DNA from: Promethearchaeota archaeon
Lineage (GTDB): Archaea > Asgardarchaeota > Lokiarchaeia > Sigyniarchaeales > SOKP01
Assembly (NCBI GenBank): GCA_030603385.1
Contig: JAUVXW010000003.1
Coordinates: 96,001 to 160,000, forward strand
Reading direction: 5' to 3'
DNA: 64,000 bases
Shown: positions 48,991 to 58,682 of the stretch, in pieces
How the letters are laid out: every line of letters starts with the position of its first letter
Numbering within the stretch: position 1 is the stretch's first letter
Program-made: the position numbers and the translations under genes
The notes under the pieces: model-generated
Databases searched by the model: none
Told to the model about the DNA's origin: nothing
What the model saw: the letters and a program-made list of their open reading frames with translations, nothing else

Positions 48991-51284
48991 GAAGATCCCT
49001 CCGATTCTTTTTTTGAATATAGTTCTACTTGAACTAGGGCGCTATTCATGGGAAAAGCTCCTCCAGGAGAACGCGAATCTTTTGTCAGAACGTTCCCGCA
49101 CCCTCCAACATCAACACCCTCTTCGTTTGGATTATACCATGCTCCTTGATAGATCACTACTGCCCCAGGTATCACACGTTCTGTAACATTAGCAGGGATA
49201 CGAACTCGTCCCCTATCGTTAAAAATGTCGACTAAATCTCCGTGCTCAATCTTTCTTAATTCAGCATCTACGGGATTTATCCATACCATATGAGGTTCTA
49301 CTTCCTCAAGCCATGGAATCATGTTTATACTTGAGTGAGTTCTTCTTTTATTATGGGATGTGAGTAGTTGCAAGGGATATTTTTTTGCTAAAGGAGCATC
49401 ATAATGTTCTTCATGACTTAGATATTTAGGAATCGGTGGCATATTTGGGATATTTAATTCTGCAATATGTTCACAATATATCTCAATTTTACCCGATAAT
49501 GTAGGGAAGGGATTATTCTCTGGATCCGCTATTTGTTCTTTAAAAGCAACGAATGTCTCATCGACTTTTACTTTGTAAAATCCATCTCTTTTCATTTCGT
49601 CATAACTTTTTATGTCTTTACGAGGGGATGTAAATATTCGTAAGATTTGATCTTCTGATAAATTCAATAGACCTGGTTCAATACCTAATTTTTTAGATAA
49701 TTCCTTGCATATCTCCAGATCCGATTTCGATTCATATAAAGAATCAATCGCTTTATTTAAGTAAATGTAATAAGGTGAACCAAGCCAAGGTACTGCAATA
49801 TCATTACGTTCCATAAAAGTATTAACTGGTAATAAGATATCCGCAAATTTAGCTGTTGGTGTCATAAATTGTTCATGAACTACAATAAATTCAAGAGATT
49901 TTAAAGCTTTTACGCCTTTGTTAACATTGCTATATTGATTTAAACGATTTTCTGCTGCTATATAAGCCATTTTCAAATCCGCGGGATATCCTCCTTTTCG
50001 TCCCTGTAATATAGCATCATAATATTCATTAAAATGAATACGAGTACTTGCTGGATTAGTCCCTCCTCTTAATTTATGTAAAGCATCTATTCGAGGAGGC
50101 GCTCTAAAGTCAACAGGATTACCTCTTGGAGTTTGTTTCTTTTCGACTTCTTTTTTTTCTTCTTGTTTAATAGGTCCTGTCTTTTTTTTCCTTGTTGATG
50201 AAACTGTCTCCCGACTATAATATGCCCGCATGAAACCAGAGGCATATCCACCATCAATACCGATATTTCCAGTAATAACACAAAGCACATTAGCAGCTCT
50301 AGAATATTGTTCTCCCAATGCAGTTCGAGCAGGACCCCATCCTGCCATAAGAGCTGCTGGTTTATTAAGAGCGTACTCTTTAGCTAGACTTATAATTGTT
50401 TCTGCTGGCACTTTAGTAATTTCTTCCGCCCATTGTGGTGTCTTTGGGATTCCATCTGCTTGTCCCATTATATAAGCCTTATATTTATCATACCCAACTG
50501 TATATTTATCAATGAAATTCTGATCTTGAAGGTTGCCAGTGATAATTACATATGCCATAGCTATTAACATAGCAGTATCAGTACCTGGTCGAATAGGTAT
50601 CCACTGATCCGCTAAGACCGCTGCTGAATCAGTAAAAATTGGATCAATATTTATGATCTTGATACCTTTTTCTCTTCCTTTAGCTAACATTAAAGGTGTA
50701 CCGGGGTCCCATATTGTATTAGCTGGATTCCAACCCCACATGATGATAAGTTTAGAGTTGAATAAATCCTCACGAGCATTTCCAGTCATCATGGTTCCAT
50801 AGGTGGCCATAGACGCAAAAAGAGCGCCTTCATAGGAAGGTGCGCCCCACATTCGAGTATACCCTCCAAATTGATTAAGCATTAAACCTACAGGCACAAC
50901 ACCATGGAGCATACCCTGATTTCCGGAACCGGGAACAAATAAAATAGAAGAATTTCCATATTTTTCCTTAATTTCTTTCATTTTATTTGCTACTATATCT
51001 AATGCCTCATCCCAAGATATTCTTTCAAATCTACCCTCACCTCGTTCTCCAATACGACGCATGGGATATTTTAACCTATCTGGATGATATACTTTTTGTC
51101 GATATGCCCTTCCACGTAAACAAGCTCGTAATTGGGGGTCTTCACCATTATCTGTTTCAAAACGTATTATCTTACCGTCTTTAACATGAGCTTTAAGAGT
51201 ACAGCGACCTCCGCAATCATGACAACAACCAGTATTAATTATTTTAATATCGCTTTTTTCTATTTCGATATTATCTTTATTCAT
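48987..51284 (-). CDS. DMSO reductase family Mo/W-bisPGD catalytic subunit (DmsA-like), no Tat signal
   Basis: CCHDCGGRC...LRACLRGR, WGAPS (Ser ligand position), WGWNPA, IRPGTD, SGKIEI, RRTHS, QGAWY. Confidence 0.92.
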   Translation of the reverse strand: MNKDNIEIEKSDIKIINTGCCHDCGGRCTLKAHVKDGKIIRFETDNGEDPQLRACLRGRAYRQKVYHPDRLKYPMRRIGERGEGRFERISWDEALDIVANKMKEIKEKYGNSSILFVPGSGNQGMLHGVVPVGLMLNQFGGYTRMWGAPSYEGALFASMATYGTMMTGNAREDLFNSKLIIMWGWNPANTIWDPGTPLMLAKGREKGIKIINIDPIFTDSAAVLADQWIPIRPGTDTAMLIAMAYVIITGNLQDQNFIDKYTVGYDKYKAYIMGQADGIPKTPQWAEEITKVPAETIISLAKEYALNKPAALMAGWGPARTALGEQYSRAANVLCVITGNIGIDGGYASGFMRAYYSRETVSSTRKKKTGPIKQEEKKEVEKKQTPRGNPVDFRAPPRIDALHKLRGGTNPASTRIHFNEYYDAILQGRKGGYPADLKMAYIAAENRLNQYSNVNKGVKALKSLEFIVVHEQFMTPTAKFADILLPVNTFMERNDIAVPWLGSPYYIYLNKAIDSLYESKSDLEICKELSKKLGIEPGLLNLSEDQILRIFTSPRKDIKSYDEMKRDGFYKVKVDETFVAFKEQIADPENNPFPTLSGKIEIYCEHIAELNIPNMPPIPKYLSHEEHYDAPLAKKYPLQLLTSHNKRRTHSSINMIPWLEEVEPHMVWINPVDAELRKIEHGDLVDIFNDRGRVRIPANVTERVIPGAVVIYQGAWYNPNEEGVDVGGCGNVLTKDSRSPGGAFPMNSALVQVELYSKKESEGSS

Positions 51285-51369
51285 AATCTTAAATCATTCT
51301 CAAAAAATTATTAATTACATAAAAATTTGGTATTATTTTAATTTTTATCGAGAAATTCTAAAATTAAGA

Positions 51370-52671
51370 TTAAGAACCTATTAGATAAATTAATCCTTCG
51401 GGAAGGTGTTCTCGCCAAGCAATATATTCATGTCCACCAGGATATTCTTCATAATTATGTGTATATCCTTTATCTTGGAGCATATTACGAAATCGATGGA
51501 CTGAAGGCATAGTTCGAGTTTCAAGGCTTCCAACATTTACATAAAACTTTAATGGTAATTTTTCACTTCGTAAAAGTTGCTTAATTAGCCAATAATTTTC
51601 TTTTTCGTCTTCCTTGGTCCACCAGCGAACATAATCTTTTCCATAATAATTAAGTAATCGCTGGAAAAATATGTTTCCTGGTGACCATCCATAGAAACCT
51701 GATTGTGATAAAATTTTTCTAAAAGTTTCTGGATATTTATATCCAATAAAAGCAGCTGCTAATGCACCAGAACTACTTCCCATTAGTACTGATTCATCGG
51801 GATCAGAGGAAATATGATAATTTTCTCTAGCCCATGATACTAGTTCTTTGGCAATAAAATCTGCGAATGGAGGGTAGCAATCTAAATCTTTTCCTCTTTG
51901 GAAACCACTGTAATTATGAATAAAAACAGCCACTAAAGGTGGAATTTTATTTTTTGCGATTAAATTATCAAACATTATTGGGGGGTGTGTAAAGTCAAGA
52001 AATGCCTTTCCATCAAAAATCACTAAGAAATGATACTTTTTTCCAGTCTTGGTAAAATTAGGAGGAGTATATATCCAAATCTTACGATTCATATTGAGTA
52101 TTTTGCTATAAAAATCAATTTCTTCTACTTTTCCCGATGGCACATTATCATCTTTTAATGTCCATATTCGTGGTTTAGTATCTGGCATTTCTAAAACTGA
52201 ATATTCAATTTCAATGCGTTGACCTTCTCTCCGATATCTTTGATAGAACTTTTTTGAGTTGAAAGGATCAGGGGAACAAGTATGCCAATTAAGAATTATA
52301 TTATCATAAAACCTATTATACCTTAGATTGTTATTCTTACTTATTGTATATATCGTACGAGTTCCATTAAGCACTTTAAAAGTCTTATAGAAAATATTTG
52401 TATTTTCAATCCGTTCACATATATTATTCGTGAGGACATCATCTTGATTTGCTAACGCAGTTATAATTACAGCATTCTTAGTTTCTTTTGCTCCGGGAAC
52501 AACAAAGGTTACAAGCTTATAGTTCTCATCAACTTCGAACGGTTCAATTATAGGAGCACCTGTCCGTTCAACCTTTTTCCAAAATTCATCCAGTGCGGAT
52601 TTTTTCCCTCCAATTAAATCCTGTTCGAGTTTAGATATAATAAGGCTTGTAAAGTGTTTTTTTCTTAACAT
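51370..52671 (-). CDS. Enterochelin esterase (Fes)-like alpha/beta hydrolase with N-terminal DUF3327-like domain
   Basis: FW......GAPIIE, LVTF, DPFN, RKIWIYTPP, FDG, GSSSG, SQSG, GGHEY. Confidence 0.88.
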   Translation of the reverse strand: MLRKKHFTSLIISKLEQDLIGGKKSALDEFWKKVERTGAPIIEPFEVDENYKLVTFVVPGAKETKNAVIITALANQDDVLTNNICERIENTNIFYKTFKVLNGTRTIYTISKNNNLRYNRFYDNIILNWHTCSPDPFNSKKFYQRYRREGQRIEIEYSVLEMPDTKPRIWTLKDDNVPSGKVEEIDFYSKILNMNRKIWIYTPPNFTKTGKKYHFLVIFDGKAFLDFTHPPIMFDNLIAKNKIPPLVAVFIHNYSGFQRGKDLDCYPPFADFIAKELVSWARENYHISSDPDESVLMGSSSGALAAAFIGYKYPETFRKILSQSGFYGWSPGNIFFQRLLNYYGKDYVRWWTKEDEKENYWLIKQLLRSEKLPLKFYVNVGSLETRTMPSVHRFRNMLQDKGYTHNYEEYPGGHEYIAWREHLPEGLIYLIGS

Positions 52672-52778
52672 GTTATTTTACTATATGAATTATCAAAACG
52701 AATACTTTAGTAATGTAATTACATTTCTTTAATTCAATCGTAATGATAAACTTTTCTAATTATGAGGTTTGATTAATA

Positions 52779-55034
52779 TTGATACAAGAAGATTTAATTG
52801 ACAAATTAGATAACGGGATATTATCCACATCAGATTTAAATGAATATTATGAAATCTATATTAAAATTGCTAATGAATCTGATTATATTCAAGAATTCTG
52901 CAAAGACTGGAACGTTATAATTTTTTTTAATACAGAAAGCGAAGCAGATCATTGGATTAAAGTCGAAAACAGCCTTTTTTCCTTTGGAATGGGTCAAATT
53001 GATAAACCTGATGTAACTTATAAAATTACTGCAAATGAATTTTTAGGTATTTTATCATGGCAAAATGATTATATCTTCACACTTTTTAACGCTAGGTTGA
53101 CAATTGAGGGTAATATTTCAGATTCGGATAAATTTATTTGGATAGATTCAAAAATTCGGGGCAATATGTTAAGTATCATTAATAAAATCAAATCTAATCA
53201 CGAAGTTAAGGATAAATATACTTTATCTTATGAAGATTATCTTTTATTGCAACAAAGACTTCGGTTAAAACTCGAGAAACTGAGTAAATTCAGAGAAGAA
53301 CCCTGGTATAGTGCTAGTCGAGAAAGCAAAGATTCCATTGGACTTCGCATAGAACAACGAGCAAGGGAATATCCTGATAGAATGGTAATGTACTATGAAG
53401 AAGAAAAATACACTAATAAAGAATTTAATGAATGGATAAACAAGTACGCAAATTATTTTTTGAATGAAGTAGGATTAAAGAAAGGTGATGTAGCTGTTGT
53501 TTTTCTTGAAAACCGATCAGAAATAATGTTTATTATTATTGCGATGGCTAAAATCGGTGTTATATCTTCATTGATTAATACAAGGCAACGGGATCAAACC
53601 TTAATTCATTCTATAAATCATGCTCCAGGAAAAATTTTTATTATTGGAGAAGAGTTAATTGATCCTTTCTTAGAAATTCAATCAAGATTAAACCTATCAC
53701 AAGATCAATTACAACACCTGTTTTTCGTTCCTGATAAAGGAAAAATAAACACACCAGAAGGATTTATTAATTTAGAGAACATAATTGCAGATTCTCCAAT
53801 GATTAACCCTTCAACAACACCAAGGATACGGTTAAAACTTCCTTATTCATACATATTTACTTCGGGAACAACTGGTTTGCCCAAAGCTGCAATAATCACC
53901 AATGCTCATACTATAGGATCTGCTTTCTACTGGGCATACATTGTTATGGATATGACACCAGACGACATAACTTATATAACTACGCCAATCTTTCATTCAA
54001 ACGCCATCAACATAGGTTTTGCATCAGTACTAGGTGGTGGTGGGGCAATGGTTATCAGAAGAAAGTTTTCAGCAAGTAATTTCCTAAAGGATGCACGAAA
54101 GTATGGCTGTACTGCTTTTAATTACGTTGGTGAGATATGCCGCTATTTGTATAACCAACCTCCTCGGGAAGATGATAAAGACCATCCTATAGTAAAATGT
54201 GCTGGAAATGGTATTAAACCAGAATTTTGGATGGATTTTAAGAATAGGTTTGGGATCGAAAGAATTCATGAACAGTATGGCGCGACTGAAAGGTTTATCC
54301 CAAATTTTGCTAATATTTTTAATCTTGATAAAACTGTTGGAATTTCCTCATCACCCTATGCAATCGTTAAATATGATGTCGAGAATGATGAACCCAGGCG
54401 GGACAAAAATAATCATATGATTAAAGTAGAACCCGGAGAGATTGGTTTATTACTTGGACAGGTTGATCCAAAGTCGTTCTATATGTATAAAGATAAAAAA
54501 GCTACTGAGAAGAAAGTTTTTAGAGATGTTTTTTATGATGGGGATGCGTGGGTAACTTCTGGAGATTTATTACGAGATATAGGATTTAGGCATGCGATGT
54601 TCGCAGATCGATTAGGAGATACTTATAGATGGAAAGGGGAAAATGTTTCAACAGAAGAAATGGAAATTATTATTAATACTTTCGATCAGATTGAATACTC
54701 ATGTGCATACGGTGTTTTAATCCCCGGAACTGAAGGTCGTGCTGGGATGATTTCATTTATTAAGAAAGGAGATGAAGAATTTGATTTTGATAAGTTTTCA
54801 AAGTTCATCAACAATAAAATACCTGCCTATGCTATCCCTATTTTCATCCGGATTAAAAAAGAATTTGTGACCACAGCAACCGATAAGATTCAGAAAGTCC
54901 AGTTAAAGCAAGAAGGATATTCTATTAATAAAATTGAAGATCCTACCTATATTTTACTCCCAAGGGCTTCTAAGTATATTCCACTAACAAAAGAAATTTA
55001 TGAAGGAGTAATAGCTGGTAAGTATAGATATTAA
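52779..55034 (+). CDS. SCP2 (sterol carrier)-like domain fused to a FATP/SLC27-type long-chain acyl-CoA synthetase
   Basis: N-terminal G.IDKPDVTYKI...LTIEGNI (SCP2 pattern); YIFTSGTTGLPKAA, NYVGEICRYL, YGATE, DRLGDTYRWKGENVST, TATDKIQK. Confidence 0.9.
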   Translation: MIQEDLIDKLDNGILSTSDLNEYYEIYIKIANESDYIQEFCKDWNVIIFFNTESEADHWIKVENSLFSFGMGQIDKPDVTYKITANEFLGILSWQNDYIFTLFNARLTIEGNISDSDKFIWIDSKIRGNMLSIINKIKSNHEVKDKYTLSYEDYLLLQQRLRLKLEKLSKFREEPWYSASRESKDSIGLRIEQRAREYPDRMVMYYEEEKYTNKEFNEWINKYANYFLNEVGLKKGDVAVVFLENRSEIMFIIIAMAKIGVISSLINTRQRDQTLIHSINHAPGKIFIIGEELIDPFLEIQSRLNLSQDQLQHLFFVPDKGKINTPEGFINLENIIADSPMINPSTTPRIRLKLPYSYIFTSGTTGLPKAAIITNAHTIGSAFYWAYIVMDMTPDDITYITTPIFHSNAINIGFASVLGGGGAMVIRRKFSASNFLKDARKYGCTAFNYVGEICRYLYNQPPREDDKDHPIVKCAGNGIKPEFWMDFKNRFGIERIHEQYGATERFIPNFANIFNLDKTVGISSSPYAIVKYDVENDEPRRDKNNHMIKVEPGEIGLLLGQVDPKSFYMYKDKKATEKKVFRDVFYDGDAWVTSGDLLRDIGFRHAMFADRLGDTYRWKGENVSTEEMEIIINTFDQIEYSCAYGVLIPGTEGRAGMISFIKKGDEEFDFDKFSKFINNKIPAYAIPIFIRIKKEFVTTATDKIQKVQLKQEGYSINKIEDPTYILLPRASKYIPLTKEIYEGVIAGKYRY

Positions 55035-55146
55035 AATTTTTACATATTTGCAAGGAAAACACCGAATAATATAATTACGATTCATAATTTTAACTTAACA
55101 AAATTAGTCAAATTAATTTTTTACACAATAAAAAATCTTTCTACAA

Positions 55147-57336
55147 ATGATTGCAACCATTCCAGATAAAATTCCTAAGCAAATTTTAAAAAATATTAAG
55201 AAGGAACAATATGATAAGGTAATTCTATTTACCCTCGCGGTTTTTGGCACTCATAAATTGAATGAATTTGTCAATGATCCTAAAAACTCTATTAATAACA
55301 GGATGGACGAAACCAAATTTATAGAGTGGACTGACCAATTAAAAAAGAAGCAATACATTAAAGAATATGAATTAGATGATGAAATATACTATAGAATTAC
55401 ATCTAAAGGGGGAGATGAAATATTAGATTACCTGAAAGATCTGAAGATTTTTAAAATCCTTGAATCCTCTTTCATGGAATACTTCGATCCAACTGAAAAG
55501 AAGGATATACCTTCAAAATCTATATCTAGCTATACTATAAGCTATAAAGATTTCATTTTCGGCCTTTTTTCAATCTATTGGCGATTAAACTCCTTTCTAA
55601 TACCAAAAGAATTTGAAAAAATCGGACCAGATATAAAGGGGTCACTTGGGATGGTGTTAGAGCGGAATGCTATAAAATTTGCTAATAATAAAGCTCTATT
55701 CTTTGAGGATGAAGTATATACACATAAAGAATTTAATGAATGGGTCAATCGCTATGCAAATTTCTTCCTTTCTTTAGGAGTAGAAAAAGGCGAAGTCATC
55801 AATGTATTTTTGGAAAATAGACCCGATTTAATGTTTATAATGGGGGCAATGTCTAAAATTGGCACAATTGGTTCTTTGATAAATACAAGGCAGAGAGCAA
55901 CCACACTTCGGCATAGCTTGAAATTAAATCATGTAAGATTCTATTTTATTGGAGAAGAACTTATTGATGCGTTTGAGGAAGTTAAAGGAGATCTGGAATT
56001 GTCGGAAAAAGATAAACTTTATTTTCTAAAAGAAAACGATGAATCTGTTATACCTGAGGGGTATATTGATATTCGGGAAGAAATACAGCATCAAAGCATT
56101 AAAAATCCCCCTACTACTAATCAAATGTTCGGAAGGGATACATATGTTTTTATTTTTACTTCAGGAACTACAGGACTTTCAAAAGCAGCTCACATACGTA
56201 ATGTACATACTCTTGGAGCTATTTTAGGCTGGGGTAAAATGGCACTGAATATGCAACCTGATGACATTTACTACATATCTCTTCCAATGTATCATAGTAA
56301 TTCTTTACATATTGCATGGTCAGCCACTCTTGCTAATGGTTCTGCAGTAGCATTGGCACGAAGGTTTAGCGTATCTAATTTTTGGAAGGATATAAGAAAA
56401 TTCAAAGCCACTTGTTTCAACTATATCGGTGAAATCTGCCGGTATCTCTATAATCAACCACCTAACCCGAATGACAGGAAGCATACGGTAACTAAAATTG
56501 CGGGAAATGGACTTAGACCTGAGATGTGGAAGGCATTTAAAGAAAGATTCGGAATTAGAAAAGTTGCCGAACATTACGGGATGACTGAAATGCGGGGGAT
56601 GTTCTGTAATTATCTAAACTTAGATTGTACAATCGGTATTTGTTTAAGCCCTCATACTATAGTGAAATATGATATTGTTAATGATGAGCCAATCCGAGGG
56701 AAGGATGGCTTTCTTCAAAGGGTTGAAGAAGGTGAAATAGGGCTATTTCTTATGGAAATTCAAGATCCATATACGTTTGCCGGATATACAAATAAAGCTG
56801 CAAGTAAACAAAAAATACTTGAAAATGGATTTGAAGAAGGTGATATGTGGTTATATTCAGGTGATTTAATTAGATATATAGGGTATAATCATGCTCAATT
56901 CGTAGATCGTCTTGGGGATACATTTCGGTGGAAAGGGGAGAATGTGTCTACATCTGAAGTTGAAGATGTAATATCTTCTTTTGAAGAAGTTGACCATTCA
57001 TCTGTTTATGGTGTTCAAATACTTGGTACTGAAGGAAGAGCCGGAATGGCTTCAATCTTCTCCAATAAGAAACCTGATGAGTTTGATTTTAACGGAGTTT
57101 TAAAAATATTAAATGAAAATCTACCCAAGTATGCTATCCCCGTTTTCATCCGCTTTTTATCAGAATTATCTACAACAGCTACCTATAAAATCCAGAAATC
57201 CGATATGAAAGAGGTTGGCTTTGATATTAGAAAGACAAATGATCCTATTTACATACTTTTACCTGATAATTCAGAATACAAACTTCTTACGGATGAGATT
57301 CATTTAAATATTATCAATGAAAAATATAGATTTTAA
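55147..57336 (+). CDS. Winged-helix-like domain fused to a FATP/SLC27-type long-chain acyl-CoA synthetase
   Basis: N-terminal ILFTL...QLKKKQYI...YYRITSKG (PadR/MarR-type wing); IFTSGTTGLSKAA, YGMTE, DRLGDTFRWKGENVST, TATYKIQK. Confidence 0.9.
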   Translation: MIATIPDKIPKQILKNIKKEQYDKVILFTLAVFGTHKLNEFVNDPKNSINNRMDETKFIEWTDQLKKKQYIKEYELDDEIYYRITSKGGDEILDYLKDLKIFKILESSFMEYFDPTEKKDIPSKSISSYTISYKDFIFGLFSIYWRLNSFLIPKEFEKIGPDIKGSLGMVLERNAIKFANNKALFFEDEVYTHKEFNEWVNRYANFFLSLGVEKGEVINVFLENRPDLMFIMGAMSKIGTIGSLINTRQRATTLRHSLKLNHVRFYFIGEELIDAFEEVKGDLELSEKDKLYFLKENDESVIPEGYIDIREEIQHQSIKNPPTTNQMFGRDTYVFIFTSGTTGLSKAAHIRNVHTLGAILGWGKMALNMQPDDIYYISLPMYHSNSLHIAWSATLANGSAVALARRFSVSNFWKDIRKFKATCFNYIGEICRYLYNQPPNPNDRKHTVTKIAGNGLRPEMWKAFKERFGIRKVAEHYGMTEMRGMFCNYLNLDCTIGICLSPHTIVKYDIVNDEPIRGKDGFLQRVEEGEIGLFLMEIQDPYTFAGYTNKAASKQKILENGFEEGDMWLYSGDLIRYIGYNHAQFVDRLGDTFRWKGENVSTSEVEDVISSFEEVDHSSVYGVQILGTEGRAGMASIFSNKKPDEFDFNGVLKILNENLPKYAIPVFIRFLSELSTTATYKIQKSDMKEVGFDIRKTNDPIYILLPDNSEYKLLTDEIHLNIINEKYRF

Positions 57337-57445
57337 GGAGAATATTACAAACATTAACGAGAAATTTTTAATTTAATACTTATTTAAACTCTAATATTAC
57401 TTATTGGATTAAATTACAGTAAAAAAATAAAACAAAAAACATAAT

Positions 57446-58573
57446 GTGAAAAAAATGTCTGAAGCTTTAGACAACAAATATAAAAAAACAGCTCAAACAA
57501 TTGGTGCCACATTCGGTGTAAGCGACACTTTAGTAGCTATATTGAAGCATCTAATCGAAGAAAAATATTTAGATTTTATTTTAGCATTTAAAAGTAAAAA
57601 ATCTCAAACGTTGGAGCAATTAAAAGAAAGTAGTGGTCTTTCTGAAGGAGAAATCTTGAAAAATGTTGAAGTGCTTGCTAAAATCGGATTAATTTTTAAT
57701 CAACCAAATAGAACTGGTTTGATGGTATTTCGATTAATGCCCTTCGTTAATGTTGGGATTTTTGAATATACTTACATGAAGGCATTAGAAGAAACTGAGG
57801 AAAATAAGGAAATAGCAAGATTATTTCAAATATTAAAGGAAGAAGGTAAACAACGTCTTCAAGCTAATTATGATGCGTTTCTTGGATACATTAAACAAAT
57901 GCGTCCAATTGATAGAACTATACCATACACTGTTAACAAAGAATCTGGAAAAGAGATCGAAGTTCTTGTTAATGAAGAAATGGAAGTACCTGAAGAAAAG
58001 GTATTACCGACTCAAACCGTAGAGGAAATAATTAACAAATTTGATGAAATTGCTGTAGGTCATTGTTTTTGCCGACATCATAAAGATCTAATAGGAGAAC
58101 CATGTAAACAAACAGATGTAAGAGAAAATTGTTTTACATTTGGAAAGTCTGCTCGTTATACCACTGAACAAGGATTTGCAAGGATGGTATCAAAAGAAGA
58201 AGCTTTAAAGATTATAAAAAAAGCTGAAGAAGATGGATTGGTACATAAAGCTTATCATCCTAATTTTGATATTACCAAAGACGAAACTAGTATATGCAAC
58301 TGTTGTACATGTTGTTGCGGACAGGTAGGAGGACCTACAGCTAATGCAACCAACTTTATCTCTCAAGTTGACCATGATAAGTGTGTCGGTTGTGGAACTT
58401 GCGTCGAAAATTGTCACACTGGTACAATGCAATTAAATGATGAAGGAAAGGCTGAAAGAGTAGGTGAATACTGTATAGGTTGCGGTGTTTGTGCCGCTTT
58501 TTGTCCTGAAAATGCAATCTCTTTAGTAGAAAACAAAAGAGTTGTTAGAATAGCACCAGCTAGAGCAAATTAA
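57446..58573 (+). CDS. Polyferredoxin-like 4Fe-4S protein with an N-terminal HTH-like region
   Basis: CFCRHH..PC...C, ICNCCTCCC, two ferredoxin motifs; paralogue of 32710-33840; start GTG 57446 or ATG 57455. Confidence 0.85.
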   Translation: MKKMSEALDNKYKKTAQTIGATFGVSDTLVAILKHLIEEKYLDFILAFKSKKSQTLEQLKESSGLSEGEILKNVEVLAKIGLIFNQPNRTGLMVFRLMPFVNVGIFEYTYMKALEETEENKEIARLFQILKEEGKQRLQANYDAFLGYIKQMRPIDRTIPYTVNKESGKEIEVLVNEEMEVPEEKVLPTQTVEEIINKFDEIAVGHCFCRHHKDLIGEPCKQTDVRENCFTFGKSARYTTEQGFARMVSKEEALKIIKKAEEDGLVHKAYHPNFDITKDETSICNCCTCCCGQVGGPTANATNFISQVDHDKCVGCGTCVENCHTGTMQLNDEGKAERVGEYCIGCGVCAAFCPENAISLVENKRVVRIAPARAN

Positions 58574-58682
58574 AAAAAAAATTACTCTTTATTTTTCAAA
58601 TAAATCTTTTTATCGAAAAATTATTTTATCATAATTATTATACTAAGATACTTTAAATTCAATTTTAAGAAGTTGAGATTTA

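Noticed and set aside
51370-52671. Siderophore (enterobactin) utilisation system
   Set aside because: Fes-like fold only; no iron-siderophore transport genes nearby
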